A stretch of 61,471 nucleotides of DNA from an uncultured Granulicella sp. (GTDB taxonomy: Bacteria > Acidobacteriota > Terriglobia > Terriglobales > Acidobacteriaceae): positions 1 to 61,471 of the forward strand of contig CALMON010000012.1 in NCBI GenBank assembly GCA_937871785.1, read 5' to 3'. The first letter of the stretch is position 1; each line of letters starts with the position of its first letter. Positions 49,726 to 58,653 of the stretch are shown here, one piece after another. Below the pieces are notes generated by a model, which had not been told where the DNA came from, did no database searches, and saw only the letters and a program-made list of their open reading frames with translations. Made by a program: the position numbers and the translations under genes.

Positions 49726-52700
49726 TTAGTAGTTCACGCGCAGCGAAAACTGGAACGACCTGGGCGGGTTGGCCTGTGTTGTCAGTAGACCAAAAGTGCC
49801 GGAGCCGAAGGACAAACCAGGGTCGCCGAACTGAACCCGGTTCGTGACGTTGAAAGCTTCGGCGCGGAAGACCAGGTTGACGGACTCGCGCAGAGGCGTC
49901 GTTTTGCCGACCGAGAAATCCCAGTTGTCCACGCCCTGCGTGCGGATCTGGCCGTCGGTGCGAGGTTCATTGCCGAAGAAGTTGCCGGCAACGGGAGCCG
50001 CCGTAGCGCTCGTGGGTCCGGGACTGCTGAAGCAGGCCGAATTGATGACCGACTTCTGTTGCTGGGCAGCGGCGACATACCCGATGCTGACCTTCTTGTT
50101 GCAGCCCGCCACCACGTTAGGACGGATCGTTCCTCCGCCGAAAGCTTCCCCGACAATATTGTTGAGCGCCGTGATGGCCAGCGGAAAGCCGCTCTGGAAG
50201 GTGTTGATGCCGCTCGCGTTCCATCCCGAGACCAGCGTGTTGACGACGCCATCGGCGTTGCCGAGGAAACGCTTACCCTTGCCGACCGGCAAATCCAGAA
50301 TATAGCTGACGACCAGCCGATGCGGCACGTCGAAGCTGGTGTACGAGCGTTCGCCGCGGGTGTTGCTGTAGTCCTGAATGACGCCGCCCGCATGGGTTTC
50401 GGCAAACGGATTGGTCGAGTCGGCCGTACCAAGCAGCTTCGACCAGCTATAGTTCGCCAGAAAGGTCCCGCCGCTTTTGAAGCGCTTGGTCAGCGTAGTC
50501 TGCAGTGAGTTGTAGTAGGTGTCGCCGATCCAGGCCGAGTTTTCATTCACGTTCTGATATTGCGCGTAGGGCCGGTTGGCTTGGGAAAGCGTCGCGTTGT
50601 CGGGTAGCTGGTTGATGTTGTACGTGATCGCGATCGGCAGGTGCTGGCCGCGAGCTCCCAGGTAAGCGACTTGTGTGATCACGCCGTTGCCGAAGTCTTG
50701 CTGCACGTTGGCGTTGTACTGCTGCAGATAGGGAAAGTTCGACGTGGGATTGCGGCCGCTGATGGTTTGTCCGTAAAAGTAGGTGGGGTTGGCGGCGTAG
50801 CCGGCGCGTCCAATAGGCTTGATCAGGTTCGTCGAGGGTGTTGTCGTGCCAGCCACGTAGCCGAGGGGCGCGCTGATCAGGTTGCCGGCCGGAACAAAGG
50901 TGGTCGCCGTCACGATCGACGAGCCACTCGGACCCGAGGTGTAGACGATGTCCATGGGAAGGTAGGCCAGGCTGTAGCCGGCGCGCACCGTCGTGCCGAC
51001 ATACGGCTGGAAGGCGAAACCGATGCGTGGCGAGAAGAGCTTGGTGTGCGTTTGCAAATCGCTGCGGCTGCCATACGCTGCGCTGTTCACCAGCACGAGC
51101 GGATTGGCGAGCTGCGGCAGAAGGACCGCGTTGTCGTCGTGCTTTTCGACAAAGCCTCCGGGCAGCTCATAGCGCAGCCCCGCGGTGAGGGTCAGCTTGG
51201 ATGAAATCTGGAATGAATCATTGAGAAACAGGCCTCCATACTTGTTCACCGAGCTGGGTGTGACGGACGTTTGAATGCCCAGGGGAGCTACCGTGAACTG
51301 ACCGGAAATGAAATCGGAAACCGGAGTCGCCCCTGTACCGGGGATCACAAGGTTGGTCGGCGGACCATTGACGGGACCGCAGGAAATGCCGGAAACGAAA
51401 TGTTGAGCATCGCTGAAGCTGACCGCTGTCGGCGAAGCGCTGGGAAGGCACGAAGTGCTGGTACCGGCAAAGACGTATAGACCGGTCGTCGCGGGGTTCA
51501 GGATGGGGTACTCTTCGCGCCGACGCGCTTCCCCGCCGAAGCTGAGAGAGTGGCGGCCCAGTTGTTTGGAGTAGGTACCGGAGACGACATAGTGATTCGT
51601 CGGCTGCCGGGTGAAGAACGAGAGTTGCACGAAAGGCTGGGGAGCGCTGTTGGACAGGACGACCGTCGGGAACGAGGGATAGTCGACCTGGTTGGCGATA
51701 CCCGCGTAGAAGGGGCCATACCCCGCAAGGTTGGTGCTGGAAGGTACGCTCGAGTTGTCGAACCGCAGATAGGAGACGCGAATGTCGATCACCGAGGTGG
51801 AGTTCGGCACGACCGTATCGCCGAGCACAACCTGCGTGGTGCTGGTGCCGAAGCTGGTGCCGCTGCTGGGTGCCGTGGGGTTGTTGAATACGAACTGCGT
51901 TCCCTGCTGCGTGCCGTACAGGCGAGCGTACTTGGCAAAAAGCTTCTGCTTGCTGCCAAGGCTGTAGTCGATACGGGAATCGAAGGTGTTCAGGTACGAA
52001 GACGCTTTGCCGGTCTGCGAAAAGTTATAGGCCGGTCCGGCATTGGTGGTGTTGGGAGCGGGAAAGTAGTGGAGAGTGTTTGCCATGTAATACGCTGTAG
52101 GATCGACGACGGCATCCCCCGGCTGCGTGGCTTGACCGGGCAGGCAGAATTTGTTCAACACTCCATTGCACCTGGCCTGGTTGTACTGCGCGATAGGTGC
52201 CGTACCCGGATTGTTCACAAGCGTGGGCACGGGATTGATGACCTTGGGATCGGCCGTGAAGTCGCCCTGCAGTTCCGCTGCCGTCGGCACGCGGCCAAGG
52301 TTCGGCACGCCGAGCGCGGAGCGAAGGCCTTCATACGATGCGTAGAAGAACGCCTTGTCGTGCTTGATGGGACCACCGGCAGTGGCGCCGAATTGATTCT
52401 GGATCTGCTTGGGCCTGGCCTGATTGACGCCGCTTAGAAAGAAGTTGTTCGCGTTGAAGATGGTATTGCGCAGGTAATCGTAGACCGTACCATGCAGTGC
52501 GTTGCCACCTGACTTGGTGACGAACGAAACGATGCCGCCGCTGAACTCGCCATACTGCGGGTTCACGACGCTGGTTTCCACGCGGAACTCCTGCACGGAA
52601 TCCTGAGCCGGAATCAGTGACGTCACATGCGCTTCGACGGAGTTCACAGGAGCTCCGTCGACATACACCGACCCTTGATTGGCCAGGCCGCCCGCGATGG

Positions 52701-53289
52701 CATAGTTGCCGAAAGCCTGTGCGTTGGTTGAAGAGCCGCCGTTGGCGTTGCCGGTCAGCGAGCCCGTGGTGGAGCCCTGCGGGACCACACCGGGCGTAAG
52801 CGCAATCAGATTCATGGCGTTGCGGCCGTTCAGCGGCGTGTCCTCCACCTGTCGGCCCTCGATTACCTGGCTCACCGTGGGGCTTTGCGTTTCCAGCAGC
52901 GTCGCTCCCGCTTCCACAGTCACCGATTCCGTCACCGCGCCGATCTCCAGCGCGAAATCGAGCTTGACCTGATCTTCGACCTGCAGGTTGATGCCCTGGC
53001 GCACAGCCGTCTTGAAACCCTGCATCACCACGCTTCCCGAATACACCCCCGGGAGCAGGCCGGCGACTCGGTAGATACCGGCGTCGTTGGTGGTGGCGCT
53101 GGCCTTCACCCCCGTTGCGACATTGGTGTAAACCACGGTCGCCCCCGCGATGTTCGCTCCGGAAAGGTCTGTGATCACTCCTGTGACGGAGGCTGAAGTG
53201 CCCTGCGCGTGACTACCCGGGAGCAGGCAGAGCAACAGCACAAAAATCGAGACGATGCGGAGGGGAAAGGAAGGGATCAGGCTTTTCAT
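49726..53289 (-). CDS. Oar-like TonB-dependent receptor
   Basis: Signal peptide, PLNGRN, HGTVYDYLRN..FNANNFF, QNQFG, FSPRIGFAFQP, PRSFQFSLRVNY. Confidence 0.93.
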   Translation of the reverse strand: MKSLIPSFPLRIVSIFVLLLCLLPGSHAQGTSASVTGVITDLSGANIAGATVVYTNVATGVKASATTNDAGIYRVAGLLPGVYSGSVVMQGFKTAVRQGINLQVEDQVKLDFALEIGAVTESVTVEAGATLLETQSPTVSQVIEGRQVEDTPLNGRNAMNLIALTPGVVPQGSTTGSLTGNANGGSSTNAQAFGNYAIAGGLANQGSVYVDGAPVNSVEAHVTSLIPAQDSVQEFRVETSVVNPQYGEFSGGIVSFVTKSGGNALHGTVYDYLRNTIFNANNFFLSGVNQARPKQIQNQFGATAGGPIKHDKAFFYASYEGLRSALGVPNLGRVPTAAELQGDFTADPKVINPVPTLVNNPGTAPIAQYNQARCNGVLNKFCLPGQATQPGDAVVDPTAYYMANTLHYFPAPNTTNAGPAYNFSQTGKASSYLNTFDSRIDYSLGSKQKLFAKYARLYGTQQGTQFVFNNPTAPSSGTSFGTSTTQVVLGDTVVPNSTSVIDIRVSYLRFDNSSVPSSTNLAGYGPFYAGIANQVDYPSFPTVVLSNSAPQPFVQLSFFTRQPTNHYVVSGTYSKQLGRHSLSFGGEARRREEYPILNPATTGLYVFAGTSTSCLPSASPTAVSFSDAQHFVSGISCGPVNGPPTNLVIPGTGATPVSDFISGQFTVAPLGIQTSVTPSSVNKYGGLFLNDSFQISSKLTLTAGLRYELPGGFVEKHDDNAVLLPQLANPLVLVNSAAYGSRSDLQTHTKLFSPRIGFAFQPYVGTTVRAGYSLAYLPMDIVYTSGPSGSSIVTATTFVPAGNLISAPLGYVAGTTTPSTNLIKPIGRAGYAANPTYFYGQTISGRNPTSNFPYLQQYNANVQQDFGNGVITQVAYLGARGQHLPIAITYNINQLPDNATLSQANRPYAQYQNVNENSAWIGDTYYNSLQTTLTKRFKSGGTFLANYSWSKLLGTADSTNPFAETHAGGVIQDYSNTRGERSYTSFDVPHRLVVSYILDLPVGKGKRFLGNADGVVNTLVSGWNASGINTFQSGFPLAITALNNIVGEAFGGGTIRPNVVAGCNKKVSIGYVAAAQQQKSVINSACFSSPGPTSATAAPVAGNFFGNEPRTDGQIRTQGVDNWDFSVGKTTPLRESVNLVFRAEAFNVTNRVQFGDPGLSFGSGTFGLLTTQANPPRSFQFSLRVNY

Positions 53290-53379
53290 GATGGTGAATT
53301 CCAATCTCGCCGATGGTGCGGCGCCACTTGACTGCTTCTTCGAAAATGGTGAGCAGCCGCCGCGGGAACCCGCTTTTTC

Positions 53380-53677
53380 TGATCGCAATCACTTTCGAGG
53401 AACATGCACCCACTTGTCAAGCACAATGATCGCAATCATTTTTAGTGGGGGTGTGGAAGCAAGGTCCACAGCGAGGACAGGAGCATGCCTTTTGAGCCTG
53501 GTACGCAGACGAGCGTATCGCACGACGCACAAGCGTCGCTGCAAGGCCTTCCTGATCCTCTACGGTTCCGGGGCTGCGGCGCAAGGAGGAAGAACCACTC
53601 GCAGAAACGTTCTTCCTCCGCGGTTGACGAATGCTTCAACGCTTGGCTATAGTTCACGAAAATGACCGCGATCATTT
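53380..53677. promoter_or_regulatory. divergent promoter region with three TGAY-N4-ATCA operators
   Basis: TGATCGCAATCA 53380-91; ATGATCGCAATCAT 53426-39; AAATGACCGCGATCATTT 53660-77; minus-strand TTGACA 53415-20; plus-strand TTGACG 53624-29 / TATAGT 53648-53. Confidence 0.7.
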
Positions 53678-53795
53678 ATGGGGTGGGTATGTTATTCCGC
53701 TTCTCCGCTCGACTTTTTGGTTCCAAAGCTTCACTTCCCTGCTCTGTCAGGCCCTTTGTGTACCCACCCTTCGTACCAACTCAGGAGTTTGAACC

Positions 53796-54563
53796 ATGTC
53801 GACGATGAGCGTAAGCAAGATTTCCCACGCCTCCTACGTGACGCCGGATCTCGCCCGGTTGTCGGAATACTACCAACAGGTGTTGGGGCTCTCGCTGGTC
53901 GAAGAGGAGGCAGGACGGGTTTACCTCGGCAGCACCATGGATCACGACCCGGAGCCCGGCGTCGCGGACCAGTTTACCTTCCTCGACCCGAAGGGGACGC
54001 GCATCCAGATCTTCCACGCCACGCCCCCGTCCGACCGCCGCTTCGCGACCCAGGGAATCGTTCCCAACAAGCTCGGCCATGTCGCTTTTCATGTCGAGGA
54101 CGTAGTAGCGATGACGGATTTCTACTGCAATGTGCTGGGTTTTCGCGTTTCGGACTGGCTTGAGCGTCAGTTCTCGTTTTTGCGCTGCGGGCCGGACCAC
54201 CACACGGTCAACTTCATTGGAAGCGGCGAAATACGGCACGACCATACGGCGTACGAGCTTCGCGACTGGTCCCACATGCAGGCCGCCTGCGATTACCTGA
54301 GCCGGAACAACATCCGGCTCCTCTGGGGACCGGGGCGGCACGGCATCGGTCACAACCTGTTCACCTACCATCGCAATCCCGATGGGCTGATCACGGAGTT
54401 GTATGCGGAACTCGACCGGATGTCCGATGAGACGCTCGGGTACTTTGAGCCTCGGCCCTGGCACCCCGACAGCCCGCAGCGCCCAAAAACCTGGCAGATG
54501 AGCCCGCGCCTGGTGAACTTGTGGCGTGAAGAGTTTCCGCCGGAAGAAATGCTGAAGGTCTGA
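53796..54563 (+). CDS. VOC-family extradiol ring-cleavage dioxygenase-like protein
   Basis: KLGHVAF, DHHTVNF, HDHTAYE, WGPGRHGIGHNLFTYHRNPDG..TELYAE; AGGAG RBS. Confidence 0.88.
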   Translation: MSTMSVSKISHASYVTPDLARLSEYYQQVLGLSLVEEEAGRVYLGSTMDHDPEPGVADQFTFLDPKGTRIQIFHATPPSDRRFATQGIVPNKLGHVAFHVEDVVAMTDFYCNVLGFRVSDWLERQFSFLRCGPDHHTVNFIGSGEIRHDHTAYELRDWSHMQAACDYLSRNNIRLLWGPGRHGIGHNLFTYHRNPDGLITELYAELDRMSDETLGYFEPRPWHPDSPQRPKTWQMSPRLVNLWREEFPPEEMLKV

Positions 54564-54673
54564 CCCTCGCCCGCTCCGACCTGACACCCACAGGCGCCCA
54601 GGCGCAGACCTTTCTGGCCTCCTACTGTACGATTCCACGTCTTCGCAACGTCGTTGCCCTCAAAGGGAGACCC

Positions 54674-56311
54674 ATGCACAGCTTGCCAACACTCTACACA
54701 GACGTTCTCATCGTGGGCGCGGGCCCGGTCGGCCTTTCGACCTGTATCGAACTTGCCGGGCGTGGCATTGCCTGCGTCGTGATTGAGCAGAATAACCGCG
54801 TCGGCTTGAATCCTCGGGCAAAGACCACCAATGTGCGCACCCGCGAGCACCTGCGCCGCTGGGGCATCGCCGACAAACTGCGGGAAGCTTCGCGGCTTCC
54901 TGCCAACTACCCGTCAGACGTAATTTTTACCACCCGCCTCAACGGTCCGCAGCTCACGAAGATTGAGAACGCGTCCAACTGCTCGCCGGAAAAGAATGAC
55001 CTTTATTCCGAGTCCGCGCAATGGATACCGCAGTACGTGCTGGAAGAAGTGATGCGGGCCCATGCCGTTACCCTACCCGCCGCGGAAATTCGCTTCAACA
55101 CCACCTTCCTGAGCGCCGTTCAACATCCCGACGGGGTGGTCACGATCGTGAAGAACACGCTGACCGGCGTGGAAACCGAGGTGCATAGCAAGTTTCTCGT
55201 GGGCGCTGACGGTTCTCGCAGTGCCGTGCGCGAGGTGATCGGCGCCACCATGGAGGGCAAGCGAGGCATCGCCGGCAACTACAACGTGCAGTTCCGCGCT
55301 CCCGGGTTGGCAGCTCTGATCCCGCATGGCCCGGCCATCATGTACTGGTGCATCAACTCGGACGTGCCTTCGTTGATCGGGCCGATGGAGGGACTCGATC
55401 TTTGGTACTTCATCGCGACGCGTGTGGAAGGTCCGCTGGAAGCACTCGATCCGAAAGACCTGATTCGTCGAGCGACCAACCTTGACTTCGACATGGAAAT
55501 CCTGGGGACATCTCCCTGGGTGGCTCATAGTCTCATTGCCGACCGATATGCCGAGGGCCGCATCCTTCTTGCCGGAGACGCCTGCCACCTCCATCCTCCC
55601 TTCGGCGGCTTTGGCATGAACATGGGCATCGCGGACGGGGTCGACCTGGGCTGGAAACTGGCTGCGGTGCTGCAGGGATGGGGTGGCAGCGAGCTGCCCG
55701 CGAGCTATGAGCAGGAGCGGCGTCCCGTCCATCTGGCCGTGATCGAAGAAGCTGTGGCGAACTACAGCGCGCTGGGCAATCACCTGTCGCTGCCAGGGCT
55801 TGAGGCTGCGGGAGCTCTTGGCGACGCCACGAGACGCGAAGCTGGAGATGTCATTTTCGCTGCGAAACTGCGCGAATTCCGCACGCTTGGCGTTGTGCTG
55901 GGCTACCGCTATGAGGATTCGCCGATCATCGTCGGCGACGGCTCCAAACCGCCGCCCGCGAGCACCATGATCTACCGCCCCTCCGCTTGTCCCGGAGGCC
56001 TGGCGCCGCATCTATGGCTTGAAGACGGCTCTTCGTTGTACGACCACTTCGGGGCGGGTCTGAGTCTGCTTCTTACCGCTGAAACGGCGGCTGACGAAGT
56101 AGAACCGATCATCGGCGTAGCCGCAACAATGAAAGTGCCTTTGAAGGTCGTCGCGCCTAAAGACGCGCGTCTCTTTCCGCGTTATGGTGCCCGGTTCGCG
56201 CTTATCCGTCCCGACCAGCACGTCGCATGGCGAGGAGACGCGCTGCCCGAAGGCTTGCATCGCTTACTAGGAACCATCACCGGCAGAAAGAACGAGGATC
56301 TCTCAAGTTAA
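54674..56311 (+). CDS. single-component FAD-dependent aromatic monooxygenase (group A)
   Basis: GAGPVG, NVRTREHLRRWG, VGADGSRS, AGDACHLHPPFGGFGMN, LIRPDQHVAWRG. Confidence 0.93.
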   Translation: MHSLPTLYTDVLIVGAGPVGLSTCIELAGRGIACVVIEQNNRVGLNPRAKTTNVRTREHLRRWGIADKLREASRLPANYPSDVIFTTRLNGPQLTKIENASNCSPEKNDLYSESAQWIPQYVLEEVMRAHAVTLPAAEIRFNTTFLSAVQHPDGVVTIVKNTLTGVETEVHSKFLVGADGSRSAVREVIGATMEGKRGIAGNYNVQFRAPGLAALIPHGPAIMYWCINSDVPSLIGPMEGLDLWYFIATRVEGPLEALDPKDLIRRATNLDFDMEILGTSPWVAHSLIADRYAEGRILLAGDACHLHPPFGGFGMNMGIADGVDLGWKLAAVLQGWGGSELPASYEQERRPVHLAVIEEAVANYSALGNHLSLPGLEAAGALGDATRREAGDVIFAAKLREFRTLGVVLGYRYEDSPIIVGDGSKPPPASTMIYRPSACPGGLAPHLWLEDGSSLYDHFGAGLSLLLTAETAADEVEPIIGVAATMKVPLKVVAPKDARLFPRYGARFALIRPDQHVAWRGDALPEGLHRLLGTITGRKNEDLSS

Positions 56312-56529
56312 CTTGATGGTCTGCTTCTTGAACGGAAACGGAAGCGAGACATCCAAACATAATGCGTTCATGTCGATCGCGTATGAGCGAAGGCCGCAGA
56401 GCGCTTTCTTTACTGCTTGATCCCGTCGAAGCGCGCGTCTACTACAGTGGTCGGTCATCCTCAATCGCCTAGGCTCATCTGATCTGCTGCACTGCGTCAT
56501 CATTGTCTTGTGTGCCTGTCCCGGCACTT

Positions 56530-56745
56530 TTGCCTTGTTTTTGCTTTTGCTATTTTCCGACTTCCCCACTGCTTGGACGGTAGATCACCGGCTCGTTTTG
56601 TTCTTATCTTTATCAGAAAGCTTTTGTTTTTTCCTTTTGGAGGCACCTGTTTCTTTCACAGTCGAGTTTGTGATTAGAAGATTGGATTAAGAAGCGATTT
56701 AAAGGATTAGAGCCTGAAGCGCAGTGCGTTTAAGTTCTTTCTAGT
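56530..56745. other. AT-rich, strand-skewed putative DNA-unwinding region of plasmid origin
   Basis: T-rich tracts then repeated GATT units (TGATTAGAAG, GGATTAAGAAG, CGATTTAAAG, GGATTAGAG) just before the first iterons. Confidence 0.65.
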
Positions 56746-56778
56746 CTGGCGGTTAGCTGCTCGCTCACACTCCGGCAG

Positions 56779-57540
56779 GTCGGGTTAAATGCGCTGCAAG
56801 TCGGGCTAAATGCGTTAGGTGTCGGGTGGGATGCGAAGACTGGTCGGGCCGAATGCGTTCCCTTTGGTCGATGTGGAAACCTGTGATGTCGGCGGTTCGT
56901 CGGGTGAAATGCGAGAGTCAGCAATTGTGCATTGCCACCGAACGCGGAAGGCAGTCGTTCCCGATAGACCAGCAAGCGCTTTTGGCACGGAATTCTGTCG
57001 TGAAGGGGCCCTCCGGTCGGGTCAAATGCGTGCGAAGTACACTCTCGAGCGGTCTCGAGTGGTGCTCCATCGCAGGTATAGGAGTTCCTTATGGGAACAC
57101 TCGATGCGGAGCTAATGGACGTTCTCTTCAAGAGACCTGAGCTTGAAAAGCCTCCTCTAAAGTCGGGTGAGATGCGAGGCTGTTAGGAGCATTTGCATTG
57201 AAGTGAACCGCGACAGCTCGTGGGCGCTGGGACGGTTGTATACGTTAGCAAAGGTTCAGCACTTCCCTGCTGACCCTACAGTCGGCGTTCGGGTCGGGTG
57301 AAATGCGAAGCGGCGCACCCTCCGGACCGCTCCTTGGTCGGGTGAAATGCGACCTCTTTTCACAGGATGGTTTTAGGTCGGGTGAAATGCGATGGGGAGC
57401 AGCGGGCCTTGGGTCGGGCCAAATGCGAGACCGCAGGAAGCCCAGCTCGTTGTGAGCGTGCGGGACGAGAGTCGGGTGAAATGCGAGACTGCGGCAAACG
57501 CTGACGCGCGGAGGGGTGCGACGGCGTCGGGTGAAATGCG
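56779..57540 (+). repeat. 13 direct 15-bp iterons (consensus GTCGGGTGAAATGCG), putative oriV and copy-control locus
   Basis: Starts at 56779, 56800, 56821, 56843, 56899, 57016, 57162, 57293, 57337, 57377, 57413, 57471, 57526; adjacent to the rep gene. Confidence 0.9.
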
Positions 57541-57544
57541 AGGT

Positions 57545-58537
57545 TCAGCGAGCCTTGAGGAGTTGGTCGAGGACTTGGCGTGTGCTGAACAAACCGCTGT
57601 CGTTCGCTCTGGTAGCAGGACGCACTTCTCCCTGTTGCGATTCCCTGGCTTCTTTGAGCCGCTTACTCTTCGCCATCTTCTTCACGATGTGGCGGGACTG
57701 GGCCGCGGACGGTGTACGGCCCACGGTAACCAGGTGGCGGTCCCACTTTACCGTCCAGCTCAGGGTCGTTTCCAATGTTTCGAGAGCATTGCGAAGTTCC
57801 GTTTTGAAGTGCTTCAGCAGCGTGGTGGGGCTGCCGGACTTCTCGTGGAGAAAAGCTACGCTGACCGGAAAAGGCGCAGCATGCGTCGAATAGTAGCTAT
57901 GAAGCCACTGTGCAAGAGGTTTGCCTTTGATTGCCTGGCGTTCGTCCCATTCAAGCTGCGTCCAACTGGCCGGCGCGAAAAGGGTAAGGATCTCTTTTGC
58001 GAAGGTCACCTTGTAGGTTTTTGTGGTCGTTTCGCGCAGGTAGTAAGCGATCAAGCTGCCGGAAAACTTGTAACGACGGCCGTTCACTTCCCATTCCAGG
58101 TCGACCGAGCCTCTTCTGAGGCGGTCGAGGCTTTCTTCCAGGTCCTCGTAGCTCAGGTTGTTGCAGCTGCGGCCGATCGCTTTCAGGAACTCAGCCCCCT
58201 TGAACTGGCAAGCTGTTTCTAAAGCTTGGCGCCTGGCGCGATGCAGAGTTTCGAAGAACACGTCGGCGGCGTACTGGTTGAACTGTGTACCGGCGAACGT
58301 GATTTTGATACCGTCCTGCGAGGCGATTGCGACGCCTTCCGGCTTCTTGTCTGGCCTCGTCTGCGTTCCCAGCGTCTGGCGCTTTTTGCTCTGGATGCCC
58401 GCAAAAAGCGCGGAACGCAGAATCGCATTTGGGCCGCCTCTTACGCTTTCCGGCCAGATGGGCAGTTGGCGGCTGAGGCCTGTTGAGGTGTTCACCGGGG
58501 AACGATCCTGCGGCCGTTCGTGGGTTAGACTATGCAT
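57545..58537 (-). CDS. trfA: TrfA-family plasmid replication initiator
   Basis: QLPIWPESVRGGPNAILRSALF, ITFAGTQFNQY..DV, KPLAQWLHSYYSTHAAPFPVSV..L...SGS; GGAGG RBS before ATG 58537. Confidence 0.92.
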   Translation of the reverse strand: MHSLTHERPQDRSPVNTSTGLSRQLPIWPESVRGGPNAILRSALFAGIQSKKRQTLGTQTRPDKKPEGVAIASQDGIKITFAGTQFNQYAADVFFETLHRARRQALETACQFKGAEFLKAIGRSCNNLSYEDLEESLDRLRRGSVDLEWEVNGRRYKFSGSLIAYYLRETTTKTYKVTFAKEILTLFAPASWTQLEWDERQAIKGKPLAQWLHSYYSTHAAPFPVSVAFLHEKSGSPTTLLKHFKTELRNALETLETTLSWTVKWDRHLVTVGRTPSAAQSRHIVKKMAKSKRLKEARESQQGEVRPATRANDSGLFSTRQVLDQLLKAR

Positions 58538-58567
58538 ATGCCCGCCTCCAACGCGGGATGGATACAC

Positions 58568-58601
58568 AAGCCCTCGGCGCTGCGAACGCCGAGGGCTTTT
58601 T
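58568..58601 (+). terminator. intrinsic terminator on + strand, antisense to the trfA leader
   Basis: AAGCCCTCGGCG-CTGCGAA-CGCCGAGGGCTT followed by TTT. Confidence 0.7.
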
Positions 58602-58638
58602 CATGCTCCAAGCGTACATGACACTGTACTGCAAAGTT

Positions 58639-58653
58639 CGCATTTCACCCGAC
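58639..58653 (-). repeat. single inverted perfect iteron upstream of trfA
   Basis: CGCATTTCACCCGAC is the reverse complement of GTCGGGTGAAATGCG. Confidence 0.85.

Noticed and set aside
57293-57540. CRISPR-like repeat-spacer array (six 15-bp repeats with 21-43-bp unique spacers) with an HNH gene 2.6 kb away
   Set aside because: Repeats are too short and non-palindromic, spacer lengths are irregular, no cas genes are present, and the same 15-mer occurs phased at the AT-rich origin and upstream of trfA, so iterons explain it better
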